DNA from: an uncultured bacterium
GTDB lineage: Bacteria; Acidobacteriota; Aminicenantia; Aminicenantales; Saccharicenantaceae
NCBI GenBank assembly: GCA_963827635.1
Contig: CAWHBV010000009.1
Coordinates: forward strand, 394,548 to 458,547
Length of the DNA stretch: 64,000 bases
Direction: 5' to 3'
A program made the position numbers and the translations under genes. How positions within the stretch are numbered: position 1 is the stretch's first letter; each line of letters starts with the position of its first letter. The notes below the pieces were generated by a model, which saw only the letters and a program-made list of their open reading frames with translations, ran no database searches and was not told the DNA's origin. Shown here in pieces: positions 53,301 to 63,696 of the stretch.

Positions 53301-54395
53301 TCAACTGGTCCCCTTCGCTTCCCGGCCCAGGGACGCGACGAGGGTCACCACCAGGCCGACGATCAGGGCCGGGAAGACGATCTGGATCATGAGCCCGTTG
53401 AACGCCCGCAAAAGCGGGCTTTCCGTCGCCTTCATCACGGTCCAGACGATATAGAGGACATAGGAGCCGAACAGGACCGCGCCGTTGGCGCGGCTGATCG
53501 AGTAGCCCGTCCGGAAGAGCGGCAGGCAGGCGAACGCCACGGCGACCATCAGGGGGATATCGAAGGCCAGGACATCCGGGGCGACGGCCAGCCGGCCGCG
53601 CGACGCGAGCCCGCTGAAGCCGAGGACCGAGAGGATGTTGAAGATATTGCTGCCGACGATGTTGCCGACGGCGATGTCCCTGGCGCCCTTCAGCGCGGCC
53701 ACCACGGAGGTGGCCAGTTCGGGCAGCGATGTCCCCGCCGCGACGATCGTCAGACCGATGACGACCTCGCCGACGCCGAAGGCGCGGGCCAGGCCGACGG
53801 CACCCTGGACGAGAAACCGGGAGCCGAGAACGAGCCCCACGACCCCGGCCGCGATGAGCGCCAGATTCGGGACGAGGGCCATCCGTCTGGCGGAGGCGGG
53901 GCCCGCGACCTCCGATTCGGCGACCTCGACGGAAACCCGGACCCGGCCGCGGCGGGCTTCGGCGATCAGATAGGCGGTGTAGGCGACGACGAGTCCGGCC
54001 AGCAGAAGGCTGTCCAGGAAGCCGATGGCGCCGTCGGCGGCGAGCACATAGAGGAGGACCGAGGCCCCGATCATCACCGGCACGTCGAGCCGCACCAGTT
54101 GACGGTTGACCGCGAGCGGCGCCACCAGGGCCGAAAGCCCGAGGATGCAGAGGATGTTGAAATGGTTGCTGCCGACGACGTTGGCCACGCTCAAGGCCGA
54201 GGATCCGGAATAGGCCGCGGCGACGCTGACAGCGAGCTCCGGGGCGCTTGTCCCGAAAGCGACGATCGTGAGCCCGATGACGAGAGGCGTGATGCCGGCG
54301 GCGAGGGCCAGGCGCGAGGCCCCCTTGACGAGTCCGTTCGCGCCCAGGACCAGGATGACCAATCCCCCCGCGAGTGCGGCCCAATACCCGATCAT
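53301..54395 (-). CDS. Ca2+:cation antiporter (CaCA, YrbG-like)
   Basis: Two alpha repeats GTSAPE and GTSLPE with GSN motifs; intact. Confidence 0.93.
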   Translation of the reverse strand: MIGYWAALAGGLVILVLGANGLVKGASRLALAAGITPLVIGLTIVAFGTSAPELAVSVAAAYSGSSALSVANVVGSNHFNILCILGLSALVAPLAVNRQLVRLDVPVMIGASVLLYVLAADGAIGFLDSLLLAGLVVAYTAYLIAEARRGRVRVSVEVAESEVAGPASARRMALVPNLALIAAGVVGLVLGSRFLVQGAVGLARAFGVGEVVIGLTIVAAGTSLPELATSVVAALKGARDIAVGNIVGSNIFNILSVLGFSGLASRGRLAVAPDVLAFDIPLMVAVAFACLPLFRTGYSISRANGAVLFGSYVLYIVWTVMKATESPLLRAFNGLMIQIVFPALIVGLVVTLVASLGREAKGTS

Positions 54396-55036
54396 TGAGA
54401 AACCTCCCCGGCCAGGATGCCGTACATCTCGGCGGCCGGCATCGCGGCGGTCACTCCGATCTTCGACACGGGGACGCCGAGCGCCCCGTAATGATCGAGA
54501 AGCGGCCGCGTTCGCTCCCGGTAATCCGCCAGACGCTTCCGGACCGCCTCGAGCGAATCGTCGGCCCTCCCGGACCGGTCGCCTCCCGGATCGGACCGGA
54601 TGCGTTCCAGGATGACCGGAGCCTCCGCTTCGAGCAGGACGATCCGCTCGACCGAGACTGTCTTGGCCAAACCTCTGGCTTGGCCCACGTGGCGCGGCAA
54701 CCCGTTCAGGACGAGGCGCGTTCCGGGCCGGAGCTCCCGCGCTTCGACGAACGAACGGAGGATCCCGATGATCATGGGCATGTCCCGGTCCTCGAACAGG
54801 GCCCCGGTCGCCAGGGATCCCCGTATCAGGGCCAGGTCTGCGGCGCTCAGAAGGCCTGTGCGATCCGACCCGGCGGCGAGCTTACGGAGGTTCGCTCCGA
54901 AATCGAAGTGGACGCACGGCCGGCCTCCCAGCCCCCGCCGTTCCAGCTCCTCGCCGAGAGGCGTTTTCCCCGATCCGGTGGGGCCGAGGAGAAGAAGGGA
55001 CGGCCAGAGCCCCGAGGCCCTTCGTTCAGCCCTCAT
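54392..55036 (-). CDS. Adenylate-kinase-like nucleoside monophosphate kinase, divergent
   Basis: [11 protein letters not shown]-loop, [31 protein letters not shown]...[12 protein letters not shown] (C-terminal part of ORF 54392..56116). Confidence 0.78.
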   Translation of the reverse strand: MRAERRASGLWPSLLLLGPTGSGKTPLGEELERRGLGGRPCVHFDFGANLRKLAAGSDRTGLLSAADLALIRGSLATGALFEDRDMPMIIGILRSFVEARELRPGTRLVLNGLPRHVGQARGLAKTVSVERIVLLEAEAPVILERIRSDPGGDRSGRADDSLEAVRKRLADYRERTRPLLDHYGALGVPVSKIGVTAAMPAAEMYGILAGEVSQ

Positions 55037-57036
55037 CCGGCGATCCCCGACGTTTCCCACTCGCCCGTCGCGAGGTAATGGAAGGCCCGGTCGATGTCCC
55101 GGTGACTGGCGACGAGGACCAGCGTGTCCTGTTCCCGGATCTCGAAATCGGCTCCCGGTCCGGTGAAGGACTCTTCGCCGCGAACGACGGCGATGACGGT
55201 CGCGCCGGTCCGGCCGCGGAGATCCAGGGCGCCGAGCGTCTTGCCGACGGGCCATCCGCCTTGGCCGACGAAGTAGGTCTCCGCCGTCCCGGACGCCAGC
55301 AGGTCGGCGATCCTCTCCGCCACGGGCCGGACGGCGCTGCAGGCCCCCCGGAGCATCCCGTAGCATTCGCCGCGCAGGACCTTGACCTGGGCGTCGACGA
55401 CGTTGCGCGGGACATGGTACTTTTCCAGGACGCGGGTGAAGATCTCGATCGAGGTCTCGAACTCCTCGGGGATGACGTCGTCGGCGCCGAGGGCGAGCAG
55501 GTCGTCGGTCTCCGCGGCATAACGCGTCCGGACGATGACGAAGATCCCCGGATTGAGCGCCTTGACCGCCTTGATCCCCCGGCGGGTCATGGCCGGGTCC
55601 GAGATGGCGAAAACGATGCCCCTGGCCTTCCCGACGCAGGCTTCGGCGAGGATGGTCGGGCTCGAGACATCGCCGAAGATGATCGGCTCGCCCTCCGCCG
55701 CGGCGGCCCGGACGGTGACGGGATTGAGCTCGAGGATGACGTAGCCGATGCCGGATTCCTTCAGGACGTGGGCCAGGTTCCTGCCGTTCAGCCCGAAGCC
55801 CGCGATGATGACGTGGCCCGCAAGATCCCGGCCCGGTTTCGTTCCGGCCTCCCCTCCCCGCTTCTTCCAGCGGAGCCTTCTCGCGCCCCGTTCGGCCAGG
55901 CCCGGAGAGGCGTGGATGAGCAGGGGCGTCGCCAGGATGGTCAGGATGGAGCTGGCGATGAAGGCCTGGAAGATATCGCCCTGGAGGAATCCGTTGGCCC
56001 GGCCGACCCCGGCCAGGACGAACGAGAACTCGCCGACCTGGGCCAGGGCCAGCCCGGTCAGGACGCCGATCCGCGATCCGTAGCCGAGCAGCCCGACCGT
56101 CAGGACGACGACGCACGCCTTGAGCGCGATGATCGCGGCGACGAGGCCGAGGACCGTCGGGAGGAAGGCGGCGACCGCCCCGACGTCGAGGAGCATGCCG
56201 ACCGAGATGAAGAAGAGGCTGTTGAACACGTCCCGGAAGGGCAGGATGTCGGAAACGACCTGATGGCTGTATTCGGACTCGGCCAGGAGCACTCCGGCCA
56301 GGAACGCGCCGAGGGCCAGCGACAGGCCCAGGGAAGACGTCAGCAGGGCCATTCCCAGGCAGAGGAACAGCGTGGCGATGAGGAAGACCTCCCGGATGCG
56401 CGTCTTGACGACGAGATGGAGGACCGCGGGCATGAGCTTGCGGGCCAGGAAGAAGGCCGCGGCGACGGCCGCGGCGCTCAGCCCGAACCGCAGGGCGATC
56501 GCCCCGACCGACACCCCGCCCGCATCGGCCAGGACCGGGACGAGCGCGATCATCGGGACGATCGCGACGTCCTGGAAGATCAGGATGCCGAGCGAGATCC
56601 GGCCCTGGGGCGAGTCGGTCTCGCCGCGATCGGCCAGGATCTTGAGGACGACGGCCGTGCTGCTCAGGGAGACGAGGAATCCGTAGAAGAAGGCCTGCCG
56701 TAAGGGCAGCCGGAGAAGGACCAGGACGACGACGGTCGCCGAGACTGTCAGCGACACCTGGAGACCGCCGCCGGCCCAGAAGTCCCTCTGGATGCGCCTC
56801 AAACGGGCCGGTTCGAACTCGAGGCCGATGGTGAAGAGCAGCATGACGACGCCGATCTCGGCCATGACACCGACCGTGCCCGTGTTCTTGACCAGGGACA
56901 GGCCGCCGGGGCCGATCAGGACGCCCGTGAGGAGGAACCCGACGACGGCGGGCAGCCTCAGCTTGTGGGAGAGGAAGATGATGAGGACCGAGGCGGCCAG
57001 GACGATGACGAATTCGGCCAGCACGTGGAGTTCCAT
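55033..57036 (-). CDS. CPA2 (Kef-type) K+/H+ antiporter with RCK_N and RCK_C domains
   Basis: AEIGVVMLLFTIGLE, LSSTA, ILIFQD, ALGAFLAG, FRDVF, QVGEFSF, IIAGFGLNG, PEEFETS; C-terminal TGATVIAVVRG. Confidence 0.93.
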   Translation of the reverse strand: MELHVLAEFVIVLAASVLIIFLSHKLRLPAVVGFLLTGVLIGPGGLSLVKNTGTVGVMAEIGVVMLLFTIGLEFEPARLRRIQRDFWAGGGLQVSLTVSATVVVLVLLRLPLRQAFFYGFLVSLSSTAVVLKILADRGETDSPQGRISLGILIFQDVAIVPMIALVPVLADAGGVSVGAIALRFGLSAAAVAAAFFLARKLMPAVLHLVVKTRIREVFLIATLFLCLGMALLTSSLGLSLALGAFLAGVLLAESEYSHQVVSDILPFRDVFNSLFFISVGMLLDVGAVAAFLPTVLGLVAAIIALKACVVVLTVGLLGYGSRIGVLTGLALAQVGEFSFVLAGVGRANGFLQGDIFQAFIASSILTILATPLLIHASPGLAERGARRLRWKKRGGEAGTKPGRDLAGHVIIAGFGLNGRNLAHVLKESGIGYVILELNPVTVRAAAAEGEPIIFGDVSSPTILAEACVGKARGIVFAISDPAMTRRGIKAVKALNPGIFVIVRTRYAAETDDLLALGADDVIPEEFETSIEIFTRVLEKYHVPRNVVDAQVKVLRGECYGMLRGACSAVRPVAERIADLLASGTAETYFVGQGGWPVGKTLGALDLRGRTGATVIAVVRGEESFTGPGADFEIREQDTLVLVASHRDIDRAFHYLATGEWETSGIAG

Positions 57037-57224
57037 GGCATTGCGCTCCGGAATATGTTCCGAACCGGCTTATAACACGGGGCTTCCCGGCCGGTCAACA
57101 GGTTCGTCCCCTTTGGGGGTTACCCCCGCCGCGGTTATCTCACCCCGGAATACACCGAAAGGGAGGATGGACGCGGGGCGGGAATGGGACTAGAATGGAG
57201 GCGAAATTCAGAAAGGAGACATTC

Positions 57225-57852
57225 ATGAAAAAGCTGACCGTCGTTCTGCTGGCTGCGCTGTGCGTGATCGCTCTCGCCCCCCGGGACCTCGCCGCCGGGG
57301 TCGGGATAAAGGGCGGCTATTCGCTGGCCAAGTTCTCCCTGACCCCCGCCGATTACCGAAGTGGAGTGGAAGTATCTGCCGTCCTGGGTGGCCGGCGTCT
57401 ACTTCGAGTATCAAGCTGGGCTTCGTGTCCGTGCAACCCGAGATCCTCTATACCCGCATGGGCGCCAAGATCGCGGACGAAGTCGAGGATTTCAGGCTCG
57501 AGTACAGGTATCGATTACGTCCAGGTGCCCGTGCTCCTGAAGTTCAACATCGTCCCGGCCGGCCCGATCCGCCCGTTCCTCTACGGCGGCGGTTACGGCG
57601 CCTATCTGGTCAAGGCCGAGGGTTTCATGCAAATGGGCGAGGAATCCGAATACGGCGGACATCATCGAAGACTTCAGCAGATACGACTACGGCGTCGTCG
57701 GCGGCGGCGGTCTGGCGTTCAAGCTGCCCGGCGTCTCCCTCTCCGTCGAGGGCCGCTACAACTACGGCCTGGCGAACATCCTCAAGGACCCGATCGAGGG
57801 CGAGGCGATGAAGAACCGGTCGATCATGGTCCTGGTCGGCGTCGGCTTCTGA
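57225..57852 (+). CDS. Porin-family/OmpA-like outer-membrane beta-barrel protein, frameshifted
   Basis: Signal peptide, GIKGG, VQPEILYTRMG, YVQVPVLLK, EGRYNYGL, C-terminal GVGF. Confidence 0.8.
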
Positions 57853-57886
57853 CGCCCGGGCTCCGAATAAGCCTTACCTCCTGTTT

Positions 57887-57920
57887 CGCCCCACCCCGCC
57901 CGGGGTGGGGCGTTTTTTTT
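57887..57920 (+). terminator. Rho-independent terminator
   Basis: CGCCCCACCCCG/CGGGGTGGGGCG stem followed by T8. Confidence 0.88.
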
Positions 57921-58006
57921 GCTCATCTCCCGATCCCAGGAAATCCCTCTCTGCGACTTCGCACGGGAATCGCCTCCAGCTCCCCCGGCCGCCGGGCAGG
58001 GTGTTT

Positions 58007-59287
58007 TCAGAGCTTGAACCGGGTGATGAGGGTTTCGAGGTAGCGCGATCTCATCTGCCTGGAGGCCATGGCCTGCTTGAGCGGGGGCAGCTTGAGGATG
58101 ACGCCGAGGATCGCGGCCATGGCCCGGTGGCTCAGAAGCGCCTGATCGTCGAAGATGAGGTTTTGCAGCTTGCCGCGCTCGATCGCCATCAGGACGGCCT
58201 TGTGGGTCGAGTTGAGAGGCGTGATGACCCGTTCGGGCCTGGAGACCAGGCCGAGGCTCCCGGCCTTGCAGACCCTGACGCAGACCGCGCAACCGAGGCA
58301 GAGCTCCTCGTCGACCTTGGCCCGCTTCTTTTTGGGACGGACCGGATCGTTGGCCGAGACCAGGGTCATCGCTTCGACGGGGCAGACGGCGGCGCACTCG
58401 CCGCAGCCCGTGCAGGATCCCGCGTCGACGGCGGGCAGGAAGTTCGTGGTGTGGACGGGATGGAGGAGGCCGAACCGGCGCTGGGCGATCATCGCTTCGC
58501 AGCAGCAGCCGCAGCAGTTGCAGATGAAATTGACCCGGTTCCTGACGTTCTCGCCGAATTGGACGAGGTTGCGGCCGCGGGCCTCGTCGAGGAGGGCCAG
58601 CCCTTCGGCGGCGTCGACGGCCCGGGCGTAGCCGTGGCGGATGAGGGACGCGGCCGTGGTGTTGAAGGTCATGCAGATGTCCATCGGGGCGTCGCAGGCC
58701 CGGCCCGCGTGCTCCATCTTGTGCCGGCAATAACACAGTCCGATGCCGCGGTGCGAAGCCGTCCTGATGACCTCGCTGGCGCGCTCGTAGTCGAGGACGT
58801 GGAGCGCGTTCTCGCCCGACAGGACGGATTCATCGACGAACACCCGGCCCAGCTGGGTCTCCCCCCGGGTGAAGAGGGCCTTGATGAAATCCTCCTCGAC
58901 GGTGACGTATTGGTAAAAGAGCTTGGCCAGGACCTTCTGGTCGAGGTCGCCGCGCAGCCGCATCATGGAGAACTCGAAGAAGCCGGCCATAGGCGGAGGC
59001 AGGACATAATACGTGTCCTTGCGGCCTGCGACGTCGACGAGGAGGGCCCGCGAAGCCAGGGCTTCGAGCGACTTCCGGGCTTCGGGCAGGCTCGTTCTCC
59101 AGGCCCGGGCGGCCGTCTTGGCGGTGAAGGGCTTCAGGGGCACGAGGGCCACGAGCGAAGCCTCTTTCTCGCTCATGAGCATTTTGAGGATGGCGTAGAG
59201 AAGATCGGAGGGCGGGGCGCCCTGCGGGGATTTGTTCAACCGCTCGACGAGAGCCGGATAGCCTGTCCTCGCGGCCAGATGGGCCAT
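58007..59287 (-). CDS. 4Fe-4S dicluster-domain protein with additional Cys-rich motifs
   Basis: CYCRHK, CDAPMDIC, ICNCCGCCC, CTGCGECAAVCP, CLGCAVCVRVC; intact. Confidence 0.88.
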   Translation of the reverse strand: MAHLAARTGYPALVERLNKSPQGAPPSDLLYAILKMLMSEKEASLVALVPLKPFTAKTAARAWRTSLPEARKSLEALASRALLVDVAGRKDTYYVLPPPMAGFFEFSMMRLRGDLDQKVLAKLFYQYVTVEEDFIKALFTRGETQLGRVFVDESVLSGENALHVLDYERASEVIRTASHRGIGLCYCRHKMEHAGRACDAPMDICMTFNTTAASLIRHGYARAVDAAEGLALLDEARGRNLVQFGENVRNRVNFICNCCGCCCEAMIAQRRFGLLHPVHTTNFLPAVDAGSCTGCGECAAVCPVEAMTLVSANDPVRPKKKRAKVDEELCLGCAVCVRVCKAGSLGLVSRPERVITPLNSTHKAVLMAIERGKLQNLIFDDQALLSHRAMAAILGVILKLPPLKQAMASRQMRSRYLETLITRFKL

Positions 59288-59388
59288 GGCTCCCTTTTAC
59301 CCGATTTCCCGCTCCTTGGCAACCGGGGCTCCTCTTTACCCCGGCCCGAAGATTGGATTATGCTGTCCCCCGAACGGAGGGACAGAGC

Positions 59389-60543
59389 ATGAAGACGATC
59401 AAGGTCGGGCTCATCGGAACAGGCTATATCGGGGTCGTCCACCTGGAGATGCTGCGCCGGCTCGGCGGCGTCGAGGTCGTGGCGGTCGCCGATCCCAACG
59501 AGGATCTCGCGCGGCGGACGGCGGAGCGGTTCGGCGTCCCGAAGGTCTATGCCGACGCGGCGTCTCTCATCGCCGACCGGGAGGTCGAGGTCGTTCACGA
59601 CTGCGCCCCGAACAACGCGCACTTCGAGATCAACGCCGGTGCCATCCGGGCGGGGAAAGAGGTGCTTTCGGAGAAGCCGCTGGCCCTCGATTCCAAGGAA
59701 TCGGGCGAGCTCGTTGCGCTCGCCGAAAGTCACGGCACCCTGACCGCCATCGATTTCTGCTACCGCTACTATCCGGTCGTCCAGGAGGCCGCGGCGAGGG
59801 CGAGGCGGGGCGACCTGGGCGTCGTCCGGGCCTTCGCCGGGCATTTTCTCCAGGACTGGCTTCTCTTCGAGACGGATTATTCCTGGCGGCTCGATCCGAC
59901 GGTCGCCGGCCGGGCCAACGTCGTGGCCGACCTGGGCAGCCACTGGTGCGACCTCGTCCAGTTCGTCACGGGTCAGAAGATCGTCGAGGTCATGGCCGAG
60001 CTCCACACCTGCGTGCCGAAGCGTCTGAAGCCGAGGGGCGGCGTGCTGTCCTTCGGCGCGGGGCGGGCGGGCGAGACCGAGGAGGTCGCGATCACGCTCG
60101 ACGATTACGCCGCCCTTTTCCTCAAGCTCGAGAACGGGGCCCGGGGGAACTTCACGACCTGCCAGGCCGCGGCGGGTCGCAAGGTCGACCTCGAGATCCA
60201 GGTCTTCGGCTCGAAGGAGTCCTATGCCTGGAGCCACGTCCATCCCAACGCGCTCTGGATCGGACACCGCGAGAAGGCCAACGAGGTCTTCTACGAATCG
60301 TCCCTCCTGCAGGAGGAAGGGACCCGCAGGTACGCGACGCTGCCCACGGGCCACCCCATGGGCTATCACGACGCGGTCTTCAACCTCTTCCGTGATTTTT
60401 ACGAGGCGGTCGCGGCGAAACGCGAGGGCAAGCCCCATCGGGCGACCTGCCCCGATTTCCGGACCGGCCACGAGATGATGCGCATCGTCGATGCGGCCGT
60501 CGAGTCGGACAGGCTGGGGAGGTGGGTCAAGGTGGGGGGCTGA
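59389..60543 (+). CDS. Gfo/Idh/MocA family oxidoreductase
   Basis: VGLIGTGYIG, SEKPLA, YRYYP, QDWL, WRLDP, DLGSHWCD; GGAGGG RBS. Confidence 0.92.
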   Translation: MKTIKVGLIGTGYIGVVHLEMLRRLGGVEVVAVADPNEDLARRTAERFGVPKVYADAASLIADREVEVVHDCAPNNAHFEINAGAIRAGKEVLSEKPLALDSKESGELVALAESHGTLTAIDFCYRYYPVVQEAAARARRGDLGVVRAFAGHFLQDWLLFETDYSWRLDPTVAGRANVVADLGSHWCDLVQFVTGQKIVEVMAELHTCVPKRLKPRGGVLSFGAGRAGETEEVAITLDDYAALFLKLENGARGNFTTCQAAAGRKVDLEIQVFGSKESYAWSHVHPNALWIGHREKANEVFYESSLLQEEGTRRYATLPTGHPMGYHDAVFNLFRDFYEAVAAKREGKPHRATCPDFRTGHEMMRIVDAAVESDRLGRWVKVGG

Positions 60544-60570
60544 ACCGCTTTGGACGGCGAGGGGACGGCC

Positions 60571-60630
60571 TAAAAAGAACGGGCGGAGAAGCCGTCATCC
60601 CTTCGAACGGAATGACCGCCTCCCCGCCCG
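60571..60630 (-). terminator. Probable terminator of the kelch-repeat gene
   Basis: Long imperfect hairpin GGGCGGGGAGGCGGTCATTCC...GGATGACGGCTTCTCCGCCC followed by TTCTTTTT on the minus strand. Confidence 0.6.
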
Positions 60631-60651
60631 CGGCGATCCGGAATTATGTTC

Positions 60652-62102
60652 CTATCGAACGTACTTCCACAGGTCGTTGATATAGTTCCTGGCGCCGTCC
60701 GCATCGTATCCGTCCCCGCCGAAGAGCCACAATTCGCCGCTCGCATTGATCCAGGTGGCGAAGTGGTCCCGGCCGCCGGGATTGTTGGACAGATACCGCT
60801 TGCCCAGGGCCCCGTAGGTGCCCCGGCGGTTGGACGTCTTGCTGCCCGCGGTCCACGTCCATTGCACCGTCGCGGGATCGAACTTCCACAGGTCGTTGAG
60901 CATGCCCAGCGTGCCGACGGCGTCGTAGCCCGTCCCGCCGAAGAGCCAGAGCTTGCCGGTGGGATCGACCCAGCCGGTCGCGCCGTGGTTGCCGCCGGGA
61001 TTATTGGATGCGGCCGCCGTGCCCAGGGTGCCGAAGACGCCCGCATGATCGACCGTGTTGTCGCCGGAGATCCACGTCCACTGGTTCGTCGCCGGATCGT
61101 ACATCCAGAGATCGTTCAATTGTCCGACGACGGCCGCCGCGCCGTATCCTTCCCCGCCGAAGAGCCAGAACTTGCCGGTCGCGTCCTGCCAGGCCGCCGC
61201 AGCGTCCCTGGCCCCGGGAACGTTGGCCGGAGCGGCCGCGCCCTTGGTCCCGTAGGTCCCGGTCTGGTCCCGGACTTCGCTCCCGGAGACCCAGGTCCAC
61301 TCGAGGGTCGCCGGATCGAATTTCCACAGGTCGTTGAGCCCGCCGACGTGGCCGGTCGCATCTCTTCCGAAGCCGCCGAAGAGCCAGAGCTCGCCGCCGG
61401 AACCCAACCAGGTCACGGGCCGGTACCGCGCTCCGGGGACGTTGGCCGGATCCGCCGTGCCCTTCGTCCCGTAGATCCCCGTCTGGTCGGCATTCATGCT
61501 GCCCGACATCCAGGCCCACTGGTTGGTCGCCGGATTGAACATCCACAGGTCGTTGAGGGTGCTGTCGTCGGTGCCCGTCGATTCGTAACCGAATCCGCCG
61601 AAGATCCAGAGCCGTCCGCTCGAGTCGCGCCAGGAACCGCAGGAATCCCTGGCCCCGGGAACATTGGCCGGTGCGGCCGTGCCCTTCGTCCCGTAGGTCC
61701 CCAGTCCGCTCGCCAGGTTGCTGCCCGAAACCCAGGTCCATTCGTGGCTCGCGGTGTTGTATTTCCACAGGTCGTTGAGCTCGTCGGTGGCACCCGTCGA
61801 GTCGAATCCGTGGCCTCCGAAAAGCCAGAGCGTTCCGCTCGGATCGTAGAAGAGGTGGTGGTAGCCGCGGGCGCCGGGCCTGTTGGCTGCGGAGGCCGCT
61901 CCCTTCGTCCCGTAGATACCGGATTGGCCGACGGTATCGCTGCCCGCCTCCCAACTCCAGCCATAGGTCGACTCGGGCTCGTCGGTGTCCTTGTCTTCGA
62001 TGATGCAAGCCGACATCAAGGATAGACCAGCGAAATGGCCGTCAGGACGGACAGCCAAGCGCCCCATTTCCGGAGGTTTTTCGTCGAACGTGTCTTTGCC
62101 AT
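60652..62102 (-). CDS. Kelch/galactose-oxidase-type six-bladed beta-propeller lipoprotein
   Basis: Six ~73-aa repeats PG(A/G)x...LWLFGG...NDLW...WTWVSGS...YGTKG; lipobox LMSAC; probable ATG at 62102 with one indel in the signal peptide. Confidence 0.82.
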
Positions 62103-62350
62103 TGCTGACTTTCCTTTCACTCCAGAAAAATGAAAAGTTCAGAGAAGTCGCCGCAATATCGACGAAGAAGTGAAACCGAATAAACGATTCTTCTACGCTC
62201 GCTTTTCCATTGACTCCCTTGGCGCTTCCTGCATATTAATTAACCCATTCTTCGGAAAAGTCAAGGGCTATTGTTTGCAGCGAGTTGGCTCCTCATTTCG
62301 GGGCGGCCGGGACCGACCGGGCGAGGCTCAGAGGCAGGAACGCTCCCGTG

Positions 62351-63679
62351 CTAGTTGAATTTCCGGAAAACGGGCTTGACGGGCGCCCCGACGAGATATT
62401 TCCCGATCCCCTCGTCGAGGGCCTTCCTGTAGACGACGAGGGCCTCGGAGATCCTCTCGACCGTCCGGTCGATGTCCGCGTCGGAATGGGCGTAGGAGAC
62501 GATGCTCGAGGGCATCAGGAGACCCCGCTTCATGGTTTCCTGCAGGAACAGCGTCCGGAAGGGCTGCGAGGGCTGCCCGGCCTCGTCCCGGGTCGTGTAA
62601 ACGGAGCAGCAATCCGGACCGATGACGGAGACGTGGTCCGCGAGGCCCAGTTCCGCCGAGGCCTTGTTGACGCCGTCGGCCAGCCGCCGGCCCTGCGCAT
62701 ACAGCGTTTCGACGACGGGATTTTCCCTGTAGAACCTCATCACGGCCATGGCCGCGGCGAGGGCGTGGTTCTCGGCTCCGTGGGTCGCCGAGAGGAGGAA
62801 GACGCGCTCTTTCGCATGGTCCAGGCCGCCCAGTTCCATGATGTCCCTCTTCCCGGCCAGGGCCGAGACGGCGAACCCGTTCCCGAGGGCTTTGCCGAAC
62901 GCCGACAGGTCGGGAACGATGTCGTATTTCTTTTGGGCTCCTCCGAGGTGCCAGCGGAATCCGGTGATCATCTCGTCGAGGATGAAGACCGCCCCGTTGG
63001 CGTGGGCGAGCTCCTTGAGCTCGTGCAGGAAATCCGCGGCCGGAGGCTCGTACTTCTCGGCCTCGAGGATGACGCAGGCGATACGGCCCGGGTACGCGCC
63101 GAAGAGCTCTTTCACGCTCCCGATGTCGTTGTAGCGGAACCCCACCGTGAGGTCTTTCGTGCAGGCCGGAATGCCCGCCGACATCGGCGTGCTGCCGATG
63201 AACCAATCGTCGACGGCGAAGAACGGCTGGTCCGCGCAGACGGCCACCATGTCCCGGCCCGTGTAGGCCCGGGCCAGCCTGACCGCGCCGCTCGTCGCAT
63301 CGGACCCGTCCTTGCAGAACTTGACCATGTCGGCGCCGTCGACGATCGAGAGGAAGGCCTCGGCGCACTCGAGCTCGATCCGGGCCGGCCGGACGTAGTT
63401 GTTGCCCAACTGCATCTGGCGGTACGCGGCCTCGACGACAGGCTCGAACGCGTGACCCAGCGTCACCGTCCTCAGGCCCAGGCCGTATTCGATGTACTCG
63501 TTGCCGTCGAGATCCCAGACATGGGACCCCTTGCCCCGCGCGATGTAGACGGGCATGGACTGGGGATACTGGTCGTCCCCTTTCGCGTAGGTGTGGCACC
63601 CGCCGGGGACGATCTCCCGGAACCGTTTCTGGATCTTCAGGGAATTCTCGAACTTCATGGGGCGACTCTTATGGACCAT
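62351..63679 (-). CDS. Class III PLP aminotransferase, glutamate-1-semialdehyde aminomutase-like (polysaccharide-locus type)
   Basis: HTYAKGDDQYP, WDLDGNEYIEY, KDGSDAT, FILDEMITGFR, FGKALGNG; intact. Confidence 0.85.
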   Translation of the reverse strand: MVHKSRPMKFENSLKIQKRFREIVPGGCHTYAKGDDQYPQSMPVYIARGKGSHVWDLDGNEYIEYGLGLRTVTLGHAFEPVVEAAYRQMQLGNNYVRPARIELECAEAFLSIVDGADMVKFCKDGSDATSGAVRLARAYTGRDMVAVCADQPFFAVDDWFIGSTPMSAGIPACTKDLTVGFRYNDIGSVKELFGAYPGRIACVILEAEKYEPPAADFLHELKELAHANGAVFILDEMITGFRWHLGGAQKKYDIVPDLSAFGKALGNGFAVSALAGKRDIMELGGLDHAKERVFLLSATHGAENHALAAAMAVMRFYRENPVVETLYAQGRRLADGVNKASAELGLADHVSVIGPDCCSVYTTRDEAGQPSQPFRTLFLQETMKRGLLMPSSIVSYAHSDADIDRTVERISEALVVYRKALDEGIGKYLVGAPVKPVFRKFN

Positions 63680-63696
63680 ATGTCCGTGTCATCCGC

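Noticed and set aside
60660-61960. Regularly spaced DNA repeats (CCACAGGTCGTTGA, GCCGAAGAGCCA) resembling a CRISPR or DGR array
   Set aside because: The ~219-nt period is in frame with the kelch blades, spacers are homologous to each other, and there are no cas or reverse transcriptase genes.
62351-63679. Calling this gene hemL
   Set aside because: It lacks the HemL GGVNSPVR signature and no tetrapyrrole genes are visible nearby.
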